Position numbers and translations under genes: made by a program. The notes beneath the pieces are model-generated. The model saw nothing but the letters and a program-made list of their open reading frames with translations. It searched no databases and was not told where the DNA came from. This document shows, in pieces, positions 32,841-42,329 of a stretch of 64,000 nucleotides of DNA. Each line of letters begins with the position of its first letter. The stretch's first letter is position 1. The stretch covers positions 650,188 to 714,187 of the forward strand of contig CAVYJZ010000009.1 of the NCBI GenBank assembly GCA_963768985.1, read 5' to 3'. Source of the DNA: an uncultured delta proteobacterium (lineage in GTDB: Bacteria > Myxococcota_A > Polyangia > Polyangiales > Houyiibacteriaceae).

Positions 32841-34136
32841 ATGGGTGGCGGCCTGCGCGTTCTCAATCGGATTGCGGACTCGCCGTTCGTCGAGCGGCTC
32901 GGCTTCGAAGAGCGCGCCCAGAAGCTCGTCTACGAAGGCGCCAAACGCGCTGCGGAGACCGCGGCCAGAGCGGCCAAACGACTTGCGCCCAAGCGCTCGG
33001 GTCAACGTACCGGCAGCGCGCTCAAGTTCGATCTGAGCTTGAGTGAGGAGCAGCAGCTCATGCGCGACACTCTTCGGCGTTTCGCCGATGAGGTGATGCA
33101 GCCCGTCGCCCGTGAGGCAGATGATCGTTCCGCGCCGCCTGACGACTTTCTCGACGCGTTCAACGAGCTCGGCGCCATTCCAATGGCGGTGCCGGAGGCG
33201 ATGGGCGGGGCTGCCGAGCACGTGTCGGCGGTGTCTCAAATGCTCGTGGCAGAGGATCTCGCGCGAGGCGACATGGGCCTGGCGTACGCGGCGCTCTCCC
33301 CTTTGTCGTTCGTCAACGCGCTGGTCCACTGGGGAGACTCAGACCAGCGGGCAAGCCTGCTCCCCTCATTCGTCGAGGGAGCCACGACGGCGGCGAGTGT
33401 CGCCGTCGTGGAGCCGCAACCGCTGTTCGATCCGGGCGCGCTGCAGACGACGGCAAAAAAGCGTGGCTCGGACTACCTGCTCAGTGGAGAGAAATCTCTG
33501 GTGGCATTGGCTGAACGCGCCAAATGGTTCTTGGTTGCAGCCGAGATTCCCAAATCCGGTCCTCGCTTCTTCTTGGTGGAGCGCGATGCCGTCGGCGTCG
33601 AGGTGACCGAAGAGCCTGCGATGGGCTTGCGGTCCGCTGGTCTCGGCCGCTTGAAGCTCCATAAGGTCCGCGTCACACAGGGCGCTGTGCTCGGCGGCGA
33701 GTCAGCGATGAAGCCTGAGGGCAGGGCCGCCTACGACGATGCGGTGAACCGCTCCCGCATCGCCTGGGGCGCCATGGCCCTTGGTACGTCGCAAGCCCTC
33801 TTGGACTACGTGATTCCGTACTGCAACGATCGGGTGGCTTTTGGCGAGCCAATTTCGCACCGGCAGGCCGTAGCATTCATGATCGCCGACATCGGCATCG
33901 AGCTCGAGTCGATGCGAATGCTGGTCTACCGAGCGGCAGGGCGCATCGACGCGGGCTTGAAGTGCCAGCGGGAGGCATACCTCGCGCGCACCCTCTGCTC
34001 TGACAAGGCCATGCAGATAGGCACCAACGGGATTCAGCTGCTGGGGGGCGCCGGTTTCATCAAAGATCACCCCGTGGAGATCTGGTATCGCCAACTTCGT
34101 TCGATTGGCGTCATGGACGGCAACCTTCTGGTCTAA
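32841..34136 (+). CDS. Acyl-CoA dehydrogenase-fold protein, apparently non-catalytic (beta-type subunit)
   Basis: ACAD-like throughout (LSEEQQLMRDTLRRFADE...). EPQPLFDP replaces the TEPxAGSD motif, and the C-terminus ends ...WYRQLRSIGVMDGNLLV, so the (I/Y)(Y/F)EGT catalytic-Glu motif is absent. Start is uncertain (ATG at 32841, GTG at 32811, track GTG at 32715). Confidence 0.7.
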   Translation: MGGGLRVLNRIADSPFVERLGFEERAQKLVYEGAKRAAETAARAAKRLAPKRSGQRTGSALKFDLSLSEEQQLMRDTLRRFADEVMQPVAREADDRSAPPDDFLDAFNELGAIPMAVPEAMGGAAEHVSAVSQMLVAEDLARGDMGLAYAALSPLSFVNALVHWGDSDQRASLLPSFVEGATTAASVAVVEPQPLFDPGALQTTAKKRGSDYLLSGEKSLVALAERAKWFLVAAEIPKSGPRFFLVERDAVGVEVTEEPAMGLRSAGLGRLKLHKVRVTQGAVLGGESAMKPEGRAAYDDAVNRSRIAWGAMALGTSQALLDYVIPYCNDRVAFGEPISHRQAVAFMIADIGIELESMRMLVYRAAGRIDAGLKCQREAYLARTLCSDKAMQIGTNGIQLLGGAGFIKDHPVEIWYRQLRSIGVMDGNLLV

Positions 34137-34145
34137 GGGAAGCGT

Positions 34146-35354
34146 ATGATCTATTTGGAAGTTCCCAAGCACCTCCGGCAGCTTGCCAACCAAGCGCACC
34201 AGGTCGCCAAGCACGTCTTCCGGCCTATCTCGCGCAAGTACGACCGCGCCGAGCACGATTATCCGAAAGAGCTCGATCTGCTTGCCGCTCTGATGGACGG
34301 TCTCAACGCTGGAAGCGGGCAGAAGGGCGCGCGCATCGATTCGCTCCAGCGAGACGAAGTCTCGAACGACGGGGTTCGCAATGGGGCAAACATGTCCACA
34401 TGTCTCGCGCTGACGGAGCTTTGCTGGGGTGATATCGGTCTCGCGCTCTCGATTCCACGGCAGGGCCTCGGGAACGCGGCGATCACCGCCGTTGCGGACC
34501 TCGAACAGAGGAAGCGCTTTGAAGGCGTCTGGGCCGCGATGGCGATCACGGAGCCCGGCGCAGGTTCGGACTCGGCCAACATCCGCACCACTGCACGCCT
34601 CGACGGCGACGAGTGGGTCCTCAACGGAGAGAAGATCTACGTCACGGCGGGAAGCCGAGCCGATTCGGTGGTCGTTTGGGCGACGCTCGATCGCAATCTC
34701 GGACGTTCCGCGATCAAATCGTTCGTCGTGCCACATGGGACGCCCGGCATGGAGGTCGTTCGGCTCGACAAGAAGATGGGGATCCGCGCGTCCGACACGG
34801 CGAGCATCACGCTCACAGACTGCCGAATCCCCAAGGAGAATCTCCTCGGAACCGCCGAAATCGATACGAAGGCCGGCTTTGGCGGCGTCATGCAGACCTT
34901 CGACAACACCAGGCCCATCGTGGCAGGGATGGCGGTCGGCGTTGCACGCGCCGCGCTCGAGCACACGCAGGAGCTCCTTCGCGGAGAGGGAATCAAGGTT
35001 CGTTACACCGGCTCGTTCTTCAGCAAGACCGCCGCAGAGGCCGAGCTGATCCGCATGGAGGCGGACTGGGAGGCAGGCCGCTTGTTGATGCTCAAGGCGG
35101 CCTGGATGGCGGACAACGGGATCCCCAACTCGACCGAGGCATCGATGTCCAAGGCCAAGGCAGCGCGCGTCGCAAACCAGATCACGCTCCGCTGCGTCGA
35201 GCTATGCGGCACCCTGGGCTACTCCGAAGCCGATCTGCTCGAGAAATGGGCCCGGGACTCCAAGATCCTCGATATCTTCGAGGGCACGCAGCAGATTCAA
35301 CTACTCATCATCGCGCGTCGATTGCTCGGCAAACGATCGTCCGAGCTTCGGTGA
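34146..35354 (+). CDS. Acyl-CoA dehydrogenase (canonical, catalytic)
   Basis: 402 aa. ITEPGAGSDSANIRT, GEKIYVTAG and C-terminal ILDIFEGTQQIQ (catalytic Glu). 9 nt after the preceding ACAD-fold gene. Confidence 0.9.
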   Translation: MIYLEVPKHLRQLANQAHQVAKHVFRPISRKYDRAEHDYPKELDLLAALMDGLNAGSGQKGARIDSLQRDEVSNDGVRNGANMSTCLALTELCWGDIGLALSIPRQGLGNAAITAVADLEQRKRFEGVWAAMAITEPGAGSDSANIRTTARLDGDEWVLNGEKIYVTAGSRADSVVVWATLDRNLGRSAIKSFVVPHGTPGMEVVRLDKKMGIRASDTASITLTDCRIPKENLLGTAEIDTKAGFGGVMQTFDNTRPIVAGMAVGVARAALEHTQELLRGEGIKVRYTGSFFSKTAAEAELIRMEADWEAGRLLMLKAAWMADNGIPNSTEASMSKAKAARVANQITLRCVELCGTLGYSEADLLEKWARDSKILDIFEGTQQIQLLIIARRLLGKRSSELR

Positions 35355-35364
35355 CGGAGGGCTT

Positions 35365-35778
35365 ATGGAAATCAATGGCATTGCGCACACCTTCCTCAAC
35401 GTTGGGGACTTCGATCGGTCCCGCGCTTTCTACAGCAAGCTCTTGCCTTTTCTGGGTCTCAAGAACGTCATGGACATTCCCGGGACGTACTACTGTGTGG
35501 GCGGCCGCACTGGGGTCGCGATTCGGGAGATCCCCGAGGAGAAGCGCGGCGCGCGCTTCGACCAGCACCAGGTAGGGCTTCATCACATCTGCTTCCGTGC
35601 GAGGACGCGCGAGGATGTCGACGAGGCGCATGAATTTGTCAAAGCGCTCGGGGCGAAGATTGTGCACGGGCCCGAAGAAGCAATTTGGGCTCCCGGCTAC
35701 TACTCGATCCTCTTCGAGGACCCGGACGGCATCCGGCTGGAGATCAACTTCGTCCCAGGAAAGGGCCTGCTGCAATGA
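35365..35778 (+). CDS. VOC-family protein (glyoxalase/bleomycin resistance/dioxygenase fold)
   Basis: 137 aa. GIAHTFLNVGDFDRSRAFY...GLHHICFRA...FEDPDGIRLEI. 10 nt after the ACAD gene. Confidence 0.8.
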   Translation: MEINGIAHTFLNVGDFDRSRAFYSKLLPFLGLKNVMDIPGTYYCVGGRTGVAIREIPEEKRGARFDQHQVGLHHICFRARTREDVDEAHEFVKALGAKIVHGPEEAIWAPGYYSILFEDPDGIRLEINFVPGKGLLQ

Positions 35779-35797
35779 GCGGGACGCGCTGTCCCCC

Positions 35798-36571
35798 TCA
35801 GCGCAGGCGGAATCGACCATTGCCGTATTCAAGCTTGCACGGGTAGTCGTAGAGCTCGCTCAGCCGTTCATCGGTCAACACTTCGTGGACTGGGCCGGCT
35901 GCGAGGATCCGACCCTCTTTGAGCAGTAGGCCGTGCGTCGCATGGCTCGGGATCTCTTCCACGTGGTGGCTGACGAGAATGAGGGTGGGGCCGTCGCCTT
36001 TGGCGCAAAGCTGATCGATGTCCTCGATCAGGCGTTCCCGGGCGCCGGGATCCAGACCCGCGCACGGCTCGTCCAAAATCAGCAACGCGGGGTCGGTGAC
36101 AAGCGCACGGGCGATCATGACCCGTTGCTTCTCCCCCTGGGACAGCACTCCATAGCGCTTGTTTCGGAACGCATAGCCGCCGATGCGCCGAAGCGCGTCG
36201 TCCGCTCGGGTGACGTCTTGGACGCTCAGCTCGTGCCAGTTTCCGATGGTGGCGTGGATCCCAGTTGCCGCGACCTGACGGGCGCTCTGCTGCGCTGGCA
36301 GCCAGCCGAACAGAGCAGAGCTGACCCAACCGATCCGCTCTTTGAGGGCGCGCATGTCGCATTGACCGTAGGTCTCTCCGAGGACGGAGACGCTGCCGCG
36401 ACTCGGCCATTCGTAGCCCGCAACGATCGACAGGAGCGAGCTCTTGCCGGCTCCGTTGGCGCCGAGCACCACCCAGTGCTCGCCACGCAACACTTGCCAG
36501 CGGACGTCGCGCAGAATCTCGACGCCATCGCGGGTGAACGTTTTGACGTGAAGATCGAGAACGGGAGCCAC
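35798..36571 (-). CDS. ABC transporter ATP-binding protein (stand-alone, ModF-like)
   Basis: 257 aa. Walker A GANGAGKSSL, signature LSQGEKQRV, Walker B LLILDEP. No permease gene adjacent. Confidence 0.85.
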   Translation of the reverse strand: MAPVLDLHVKTFTRDGVEILRDVRWQVLRGEHWVVLGANGAGKSSLLSIVAGYEWPSRGSVSVLGETYGQCDMRALKERIGWVSSALFGWLPAQQSARQVAATGIHATIGNWHELSVQDVTRADDALRRIGGYAFRNKRYGVLSQGEKQRVMIARALVTDPALLILDEPCAGLDPGARERLIEDIDQLCAKGDGPTLILVSHHVEEIPSHATHGLLLKEGRILAAGPVHEVLTDERLSELYDYPCKLEYGNGRFRLR

Positions 36572-36656
36572 TTTGGCAGTCTAGCATCCTCCGACGTCGC
36601 GCTCGCCGGCGCTTAGCCCTTGATGCCAGGGCCGATGTGCGCTCCAATGCCGGATC

Positions 36657-38225
36657 ATGCCGCTAAATCTCATTTGGGTCGCCCTCGGGCTCCTCGTTGG
36701 GGCCAACACCGCGCGTGCGCAGAGCCCATGTACGATTCACCTGGTGGGCGATGTGCCGGACGATGCCGCCACGCATTTTTTTCTGGACTTCGAGGTTCCG
36801 GAAGGAACTGCGGAGATCGAGGTCCAGCACGACGATCTCTCTGCACAGAACATTCTGGACTGGGGGCTCGATGACCCCAACGGATTTCGTGGCTGGGGCG
36901 GTGGCAATAGCGAGCCCGCCATCGTAGGCGTCGAAGCGGCTTCGCGGAGCTACGTTCCCGGTCCGATCCCGGTTGGCACTTGGGAAGTGGTCGTCGGCAA
37001 AGCCAAGATCATCGAAACCCCCGCTTCGTACGACGTTTGCATCATTCTCCGAACCGTAGCGACATTGCCGCCCCAGCCGCGCGCCCCGTACCAGGACCCC
37101 GGCGTCCTCGACACCGCAAAGCGTTGGTACGCCGGTGACTTCCATGTGCACTCGCGGCAAAGTGGAGACGCGCATCCCACGATCGAAGAGACGATGCAGT
37201 TCGCGCAGAGCGTGGGACTCGATTTCATGATGCTCTCAGAGCACAACACCAACAGTGGGCTGACGCTCTACGCGAGCGTGCAACCGAGCTTCCCCAAGCT
37301 TTTGCTCTTCCCTGGAGTCGAGTGGACGACGTATGCCGGGCACGCCGGCGGGATTGGCGCCACGCAATGGGTCGATCACAAGCCGGGTGTGCGAGGGGCG
37401 ACCGCTGCGGGCGCAATCCAGCAATATCACGACCAGGGAGCCCTCTTCTCGATCAATCATCCGGAGGTACCGGGCGGCAATTTTTGCATCGGGTGTCCGT
37501 GGGAGATCCCGGTCGACCCCACGATCATCGACGGTGTCGAGGTTCAAAGCGGCATTTGGGCTGCGGTCGATTATTGGGAGCAGATGTGCGCCGATGGTTC
37601 TCATGCCGCTGCCCTCGGAGGCAGCGACGACCACGATGGCGGCCAGGGGAGTGGCGCGCTCTATAGTCCGATCGGAACGCCCACGACCATGGTGCTTGCC
37701 GACAGTCTCAGCGTCGATGCGATTCTCGAAGGCGTTCGCAACGGGCGAACGGTCGTCAAGGTCAACGGAATCGACGGCCCGATGATCGAGACCGAGTTGA
37801 CTGGTGAGCGTGTGGGCGACACCGTCTTTGCCGACACCGCGACGCTCTCCGTGACCGTGACCCGGGGCTCGGGACAAACGCTCCAGGTTTTCAAGAACGG
37901 AACGGTGCTGGAGACGGTCGAGATCACGGGCGATCCATTTACGCACGAGACCGCCGTCCAAGCGCCCCTACAGGGCGAGGACCGATATCGTCACCAAGTG
38001 ACCATCGGCAACACGCCGCAAACCGTGGGGAGCTACGTTTGGTTGCGGGCTGCAGACGGTACTGGGGTGCCTGACGCCGGCACCCCGGACGGCGGAACGA
38101 GCCCAGGCACAGGTTCGAGCGGTTGCAGTTGTGGGGTCATCACGGCCTCCCAATACGATTCCGGTGTCGTCTTGGCTCTCCTAGGGCTCGGCGCCGCGTG
38201 CTGGCGACGGCGTCGCGCGACCTGA
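36657..38225 (+). CDS. Exported PHP-domain (CehA/McbA-like) metallohydrolase with a MYXO-CTERM-type sorting tail
   Basis: 522 aa. Signal peptide MPLNLIWVALGLLVGANTARA. PHP motifs GDFHVHSRQSGD...MMLSEHNT...INHPE...GGSDDHD. The tail GTGSSGCSCG...VVLALLGLGAACWRRRRAT has a GC motif, a TM helix and a poly-Arg end. Confidence 0.75.
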   Translation: MPLNLIWVALGLLVGANTARAQSPCTIHLVGDVPDDAATHFFLDFEVPEGTAEIEVQHDDLSAQNILDWGLDDPNGFRGWGGGNSEPAIVGVEAASRSYVPGPIPVGTWEVVVGKAKIIETPASYDVCIILRTVATLPPQPRAPYQDPGVLDTAKRWYAGDFHVHSRQSGDAHPTIEETMQFAQSVGLDFMMLSEHNTNSGLTLYASVQPSFPKLLLFPGVEWTTYAGHAGGIGATQWVDHKPGVRGATAAGAIQQYHDQGALFSINHPEVPGGNFCIGCPWEIPVDPTIIDGVEVQSGIWAAVDYWEQMCADGSHAAALGGSDDHDGGQGSGALYSPIGTPTTMVLADSLSVDAILEGVRNGRTVVKVNGIDGPMIETELTGERVGDTVFADTATLSVTVTRGSGQTLQVFKNGTVLETVEITGDPFTHETAVQAPLQGEDRYRHQVTIGNTPQTVGSYVWLRAADGTGVPDAGTPDGGTSPGTGSSGCSCGVITASQYDSGVVLALLGLGAACWRRRRAT

Positions 38226-38228
38226 GGG

Positions 38229-38864
38229 TCAGATGGCGTTCTTCCGGCGGCGTAGTACGTGCCGCAACCGCGAACGCTCGTCCCGCTCCCGCTCCTCGAG
38301 CATGCGCCGAAGAGCGGTCAGCTCGGTCGTCAGAGCGGGCTCCACCCGCAGTTGCAGTGTATTGACCTGGCGAGTGGCCTTCGCGAGCGCTTCGCCGAGG
38401 CGCCTGACCAATTGCTCCTTGGGAAGGGACTCGAGGATGAGCTCGACCAGACGTTCGAACTCCGTCGCAGACTGTGCGGCTGCCGGGCCCACCGCCGTGG
38501 CCGCGGTTTCCCGCGCGGTCAGCGTGCGCCGTAGGGGTGTGTGAGACACGACAGAGGGGACGGAGATGCCCCAGATCTGATGATGCTCGAGCTCTACCGT
38601 GACCTCCCGTCCGGGCCGGGCATATGTCTGCAACGAGTCCTGGCCGCGAGCGGCCAAGGCTCGCAACAACGCCCGGTATGCCTCGTCGGCCCGTTCATCG
38701 ACCTCTTGCCGGGCGCTCAACGCGGGCCTCGCGCTCTTGAAGAGCTCCCTGATCAACGCCTCCCGCTTCCGATTGAGCAACTCGCGGCCTTTCTGAACCC
38801 GGCCGAGCTGCGCGCTGGCTCGCACCAGCCCTGAGCGAGTCGCCGGGACCGAACGCTTGCTCAT
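38229..38864 (-). CDS. atpD: V/A-type ATP synthase subunit D
   Basis: 211 aa from the ATG at 38864 (ATGA overlap with the subunit B stop). Coiled-coil central-stalk pattern (RSGLVRASAQLGRVQKGRELLNRKREALIREL...). Last gene of the operon. Confidence 0.85.
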   Translation of the reverse strand: MSKRSVPATRSGLVRASAQLGRVQKGRELLNRKREALIRELFKSARPALSARQEVDERADEAYRALLRALAARGQDSLQTYARPGREVTVELEHHQIWGISVPSVVSHTPLRRTLTARETAATAVGPAAAQSATEFERLVELILESLPKEQLVRRLGEALAKATRQVNTLQLRVEPALTTELTALRRMLEERERDERSRLRHVLRRRKNAI

Positions 38865-40270
38865 CGTGTCGCTTCTTTCTGAGATCGAGCGCCTGGGCGC
38901 GACTTCCACGTGGTGTCGGAGATGCGGGTCAGCTGGTCGCGGGGCAGCGTCTCGAGCAGTGCCCAACCAATCCGCATCGTATCGGCCAGTGACCGGCGAG
39001 CACGGCCCTGGTCGATGAGCTCCTGCTCGAAGGTATCGACGAAATCGAGCGCACTGCGATCACCGGGACCGAGCCCCTCACTTCCGACGATGGCGGCCAT
39101 GAGCTTGGCTTCGCGACCTCGCGCGTAGACCGCGTAGAGCTGATCGGCCCATTCACGGTGTTCCGGCACGGTATGGCCTTCGCCGATGCCGGCGTTCATG
39201 AGTCGGGAGAGCGACGGCAGAACATCCACGGGAGGATAAATGCCGCGCTGATGGAGCTCGCGGCTCAGCACGATTTGACCCTCGGTGATGTATCCGGTCA
39301 GGTCCGGGATCGGGTGTGTCATGTCTCCGTCGGGCAGAGAGACCACCGGCAACTGGGTGACCGATCCACGGCCGCCCTTGAGAACCCCCGCCCGTTCGAA
39401 CAACGAAGCCAGATCTGTGTACATGTAGCCTGGATAACCGCGTCTTCCAGGGATCTCTTCGCGCGCGGCCGCGATTTCCCGCAACGCCTCCGCGTAGTGG
39501 GTGATGTCCGCCATCACGACGAGCACGTGAATGCCATGCTTGAACGCGAGGTGCTCAGCGGTCGTCAACGCGACGCGAGGGGTGAGCAGGCGCTCGATGG
39601 TTGGATCGCTGGCCTGATTGAGGAAGAGCACGGTGCGCTGCATCACCTCGCTCTCGCGAAAGCGCGAAACGAATGTTTGTGTTTCGCGCTCGGTGATCCC
39701 GACGGCGGCGAAGACGACCGCGAATGGCTCGCCGCGAGCAGGGCGCGCGTTCTCGACGATGTCGGCGGCGAGCTCGACGCCCGGTAGACCCGGGGCCGAG
39801 AACACGGGCAGCTTCTGACCGCGGACCAGCGTGTTCATTCCGTCGATTGCGGATACGCCGGTTTCGATGAAGTCCGACGGGTGCTGTCTGCGGACGGGGT
39901 TGATCGGCGATCCCCAAATTGGAATGCGGGCCTCGCCTATCGACGGAGGCAGACCATCGAGAGGCTCGCCGGTTCCGCTGAGCGCTCGCCCGAGCAGGTC
40001 TTTGCCAACCACCGTCGTAGCCGTTTCCCCAGTGAGCGTGATCTTGGCCTTGGCGGGTTTGAGCCCAAGAGTATCTTCGAACACCTGAATCACGGTGATC
40101 TCAGCGCCCACGTCGATCACCTGGCCGCGGCGCTCCGCTTGACCTTCGTCGCGAATGCGAACCCACTCGCCAAGCCGTGCGCGTCTCGTCGAACGGACGA
40201 ACAGCAGTGGCCCGGCGGCGGAAGCCGCACCCGAGTACGTTCGTCCCAACGGTGCGTGCAAGTGCTTCAT
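38861..40270 (-). CDS. atpB: V/A-type ATP synthase subunit B
   Basis: 469 aa from the ATG at 40270 (ATGA overlap with the subunit A stop). ...SAIDGMNTLVRGQKLPVFSAPGLPG... and ...GRRGYPGYMYTDLA... are typical non-catalytic B-subunit motifs. Confidence 0.9.
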   Translation of the reverse strand: MKHLHAPLGRTYSGAASAAGPLLFVRSTRRARLGEWVRIRDEGQAERRGQVIDVGAEITVIQVFEDTLGLKPAKAKITLTGETATTVVGKDLLGRALSGTGEPLDGLPPSIGEARIPIWGSPINPVRRQHPSDFIETGVSAIDGMNTLVRGQKLPVFSAPGLPGVELAADIVENARPARGEPFAVVFAAVGITERETQTFVSRFRESEVMQRTVLFLNQASDPTIERLLTPRVALTTAEHLAFKHGIHVLVVMADITHYAEALREIAAAREEIPGRRGYPGYMYTDLASLFERAGVLKGGRGSVTQLPVVSLPDGDMTHPIPDLTGYITEGQIVLSRELHQRGIYPPVDVLPSLSRLMNAGIGEGHTVPEHREWADQLYAVYARGREAKLMAAIVGSEGLGPGDRSALDFVDTFEQELIDQGRARRSLADTMRIGWALLETLPRDQLTRISDTTWKSRPGARSQKEATR

Positions 40271-42003
40271 GATTCCATCATTCCGGAGATCGTCCGCTCG
40301 GCTTCGGCGATCTGCCCATCCAAGAGCTCTGGCGCCGCGGTTTTCACCGAGCCGAACGCCCCCCGAACGGAGGCGAGGTCGAGCTTGTCGAAGGCCATAC
40401 CCTCCTTGAGCGCGTCCCTCCCGGTCCGCATGAAATGCCAAAGCAGCCTGGCCAAATGGTACGTCTTGGCTACCGTCGAGAACGCATCATGTGGGTGAAA
40501 GGCGTTTTGTCCGATCAGAAACTCTCGTCCGATGCGAGCGCCTTCGAGGACGAGTCGATCTGCGTCCTCGAGCGCATCCACGCCGACGAGCCCGGCGATC
40601 TCCCTTAGCTCCCGGTCTCGCTGCAGTAGGCGAATCGTTTCAGTCCGCAGGTCTGCCCAGTCGGTTCCACCTTCTCTCACGAACCACTCCGTGGTGCCCT
40701 CGGCATATAGGCTGTAACTGATGTCCCAATCGACTGCGGGGAACTGGCGTTGGTGCGCGAGGCTCGCGTCGAGCGCCCAGAGCGCCCCCACTACCCTCAA
40801 GGATGCTTGTGTCACCGGTTCCGCAAAATCGCCGCCAGGCGGCGAGATCGCGGTGATGAACGTCACGGCTCCCGTTCGTGTCGGCGTTCCCTGCGTTTCC
40901 ACGCGACCAGCCCGCTCGTAGAGGCGGCTCATTCGATTCGCCAGGTAAGTCGGATAGCCTTCTTCGCCGGGCATTTCTTGAAGGCGGGCGGCGATTTCGC
41001 GGAGCGCTTCGGCCCACCGCGAGAGGGAATCGGCGAGTATTGCGACATGGTAGCCCATGTCCCGGTAGTACTCTGCGATCGTCATTCCAAGGTAGACCGA
41101 AGCGTCTCGTGCGGCGACGGGCATGTTCGAGGTGTTCACGATCAGCACGCTTCGATCCATGATCGGTCGTCCCGTTCGTGGATCGGTGAGACGGCCGAAG
41201 TCGTGTAGGACCTCGGCCATCTCGTTTCCACGCTCTCCGCACCCGATGTACACCATCACGTCCGCCTTCGCGTGTTTGGCAAGCGATTGCTCGATCACGG
41301 TCTTTCCCGTGCCGAAGCCGCCCGGGACGGCTACCGAACCGCCCTCGACGACGGGAAAGAGGAGATCGAAAACCCGTTGTCCGGTGATGAAAGGGCGGTC
41401 GCCAGCGAGCCGGCGTGCGAATGGTCGCCGCTCGCGAATCGACCAGGGATGCGAAAGACTCAACGGGGTGCCGTCGTCCAATTCAGCGATCGTTTCGATT
41501 ACCGTGAAGGTTCCTTGATCGATGCTCACGAGTCGGCCGCTGCGACCTGGCGGGACGAGGACTTGGTGAATCATGCCCGGACGCTCTTCGACCACGCCCA
41601 GCACATCGCCCTCCGAGACCATCGCTCCTGGTTTGGCGGTCGGCGCAAACGACCAGCGGAGCTCCGGATCCAGTGTGGGCAGGGTCATTCCAGGGGCCAT
41701 GAAGTCGCCCGAGCGCTCTGCGAGCCCGACGAGCGGACGGCCGACTCCATCGAGGATAGAACCCAACAAGCCCGGCCCTAGGCGCGTCATCAACGAGCTG
41801 CCGGTTCTTCGCACCGGCTCGTCGAGGCCGAGCCCGCTCGTTTCCTCGAAGACCTGAATCGTCGCGACATCACCGCGGAGACGAATCACCTCGCCCAGCA
41901 GACGCTGCTCACCGACCTCCACCAGCTCGTAGAGAGCCACGTCGCGCAGCGGTTCCGCTTCGGCGATGGCGCCCGCTACTCGAACGATGCGTGCCTCGGT
42001 CAT
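40267..42003 (-). CDS. atpA: V/A-type ATP synthase catalytic subunit A
   Basis: 578 aa. P-loop GGFGTGKTV, then IGCGERGNEM and PGEEGYPTYL. ATGA overlap with the subunit F stop. Confidence 0.9.
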   Translation of the reverse strand: MTEARIVRVAGAIAEAEPLRDVALYELVEVGEQRLLGEVIRLRGDVATIQVFEETSGLGLDEPVRRTGSSLMTRLGPGLLGSILDGVGRPLVGLAERSGDFMAPGMTLPTLDPELRWSFAPTAKPGAMVSEGDVLGVVEERPGMIHQVLVPPGRSGRLVSIDQGTFTVIETIAELDDGTPLSLSHPWSIRERRPFARRLAGDRPFITGQRVFDLLFPVVEGGSVAVPGGFGTGKTVIEQSLAKHAKADVMVYIGCGERGNEMAEVLHDFGRLTDPRTGRPIMDRSVLIVNTSNMPVAARDASVYLGMTIAEYYRDMGYHVAILADSLSRWAEALREIAARLQEMPGEEGYPTYLANRMSRLYERAGRVETQGTPTRTGAVTFITAISPPGGDFAEPVTQASLRVVGALWALDASLAHQRQFPAVDWDISYSLYAEGTTEWFVREGGTDWADLRTETIRLLQRDRELREIAGLVGVDALEDADRLVLEGARIGREFLIGQNAFHPHDAFSTVAKTYHLARLLWHFMRTGRDALKEGMAFDKLDLASVRGAFGSVKTAAPELLDGQIAEAERTISGMMES

Positions 42004-42329
42004 TGCAGCCTCACGCGATAGCCGATGGCGCGCCGCAAGATTTCCACGATGTACTCGTGGGCGGTGGACTCTTGGGTCCAGTCGGGCCCTGGCACGGGGA
42101 TGACGACGGGGAATGGGGCCCGTTGTAGATCTCGCTGGACCTCCTCGGGTAAGCCCCGGTGAAGGTTTTCGTCGATGATGAGCACGCTGATGTTGGCGTC
42201 AGCCAGCAGATCATCGATCTGCCGCGCGGCATCTGCGCTATCCGTCGCCTCGAATACGGGCACGCCTGCCAAGGCGAAGCCCGCGCTCAATCCGGGACTC
42301 GAGATGGCCACGAGCCGTCCGACTTTCAT
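42000..42329 (-). CDS. atpF: V/A-type ATP synthase subunit F
   Basis: 109 aa from the ATG at 42329 (ATGA overlap with the subunit C stop): MKVGRLVAISSPGLSAGFALAGV...SVLIIDENL pattern. Position between C and A. The track ORF is over-extended. Confidence 0.8.
   Translation of the reverse strand: MKVGRLVAISSPGLSAGFALAGVPVFEATDSADAARQIDDLLADANISVLIIDENLHRGLPEEVQRDLQRAPFPVVIPVPGPDWTQESTAHEYIVEILRRAIGYRVRLQ

Noticed and set aside
33702-34964. 420-aa minus-strand ORF
   Set aside because: It is antisense to both ACAD genes, which have unambiguous motifs.
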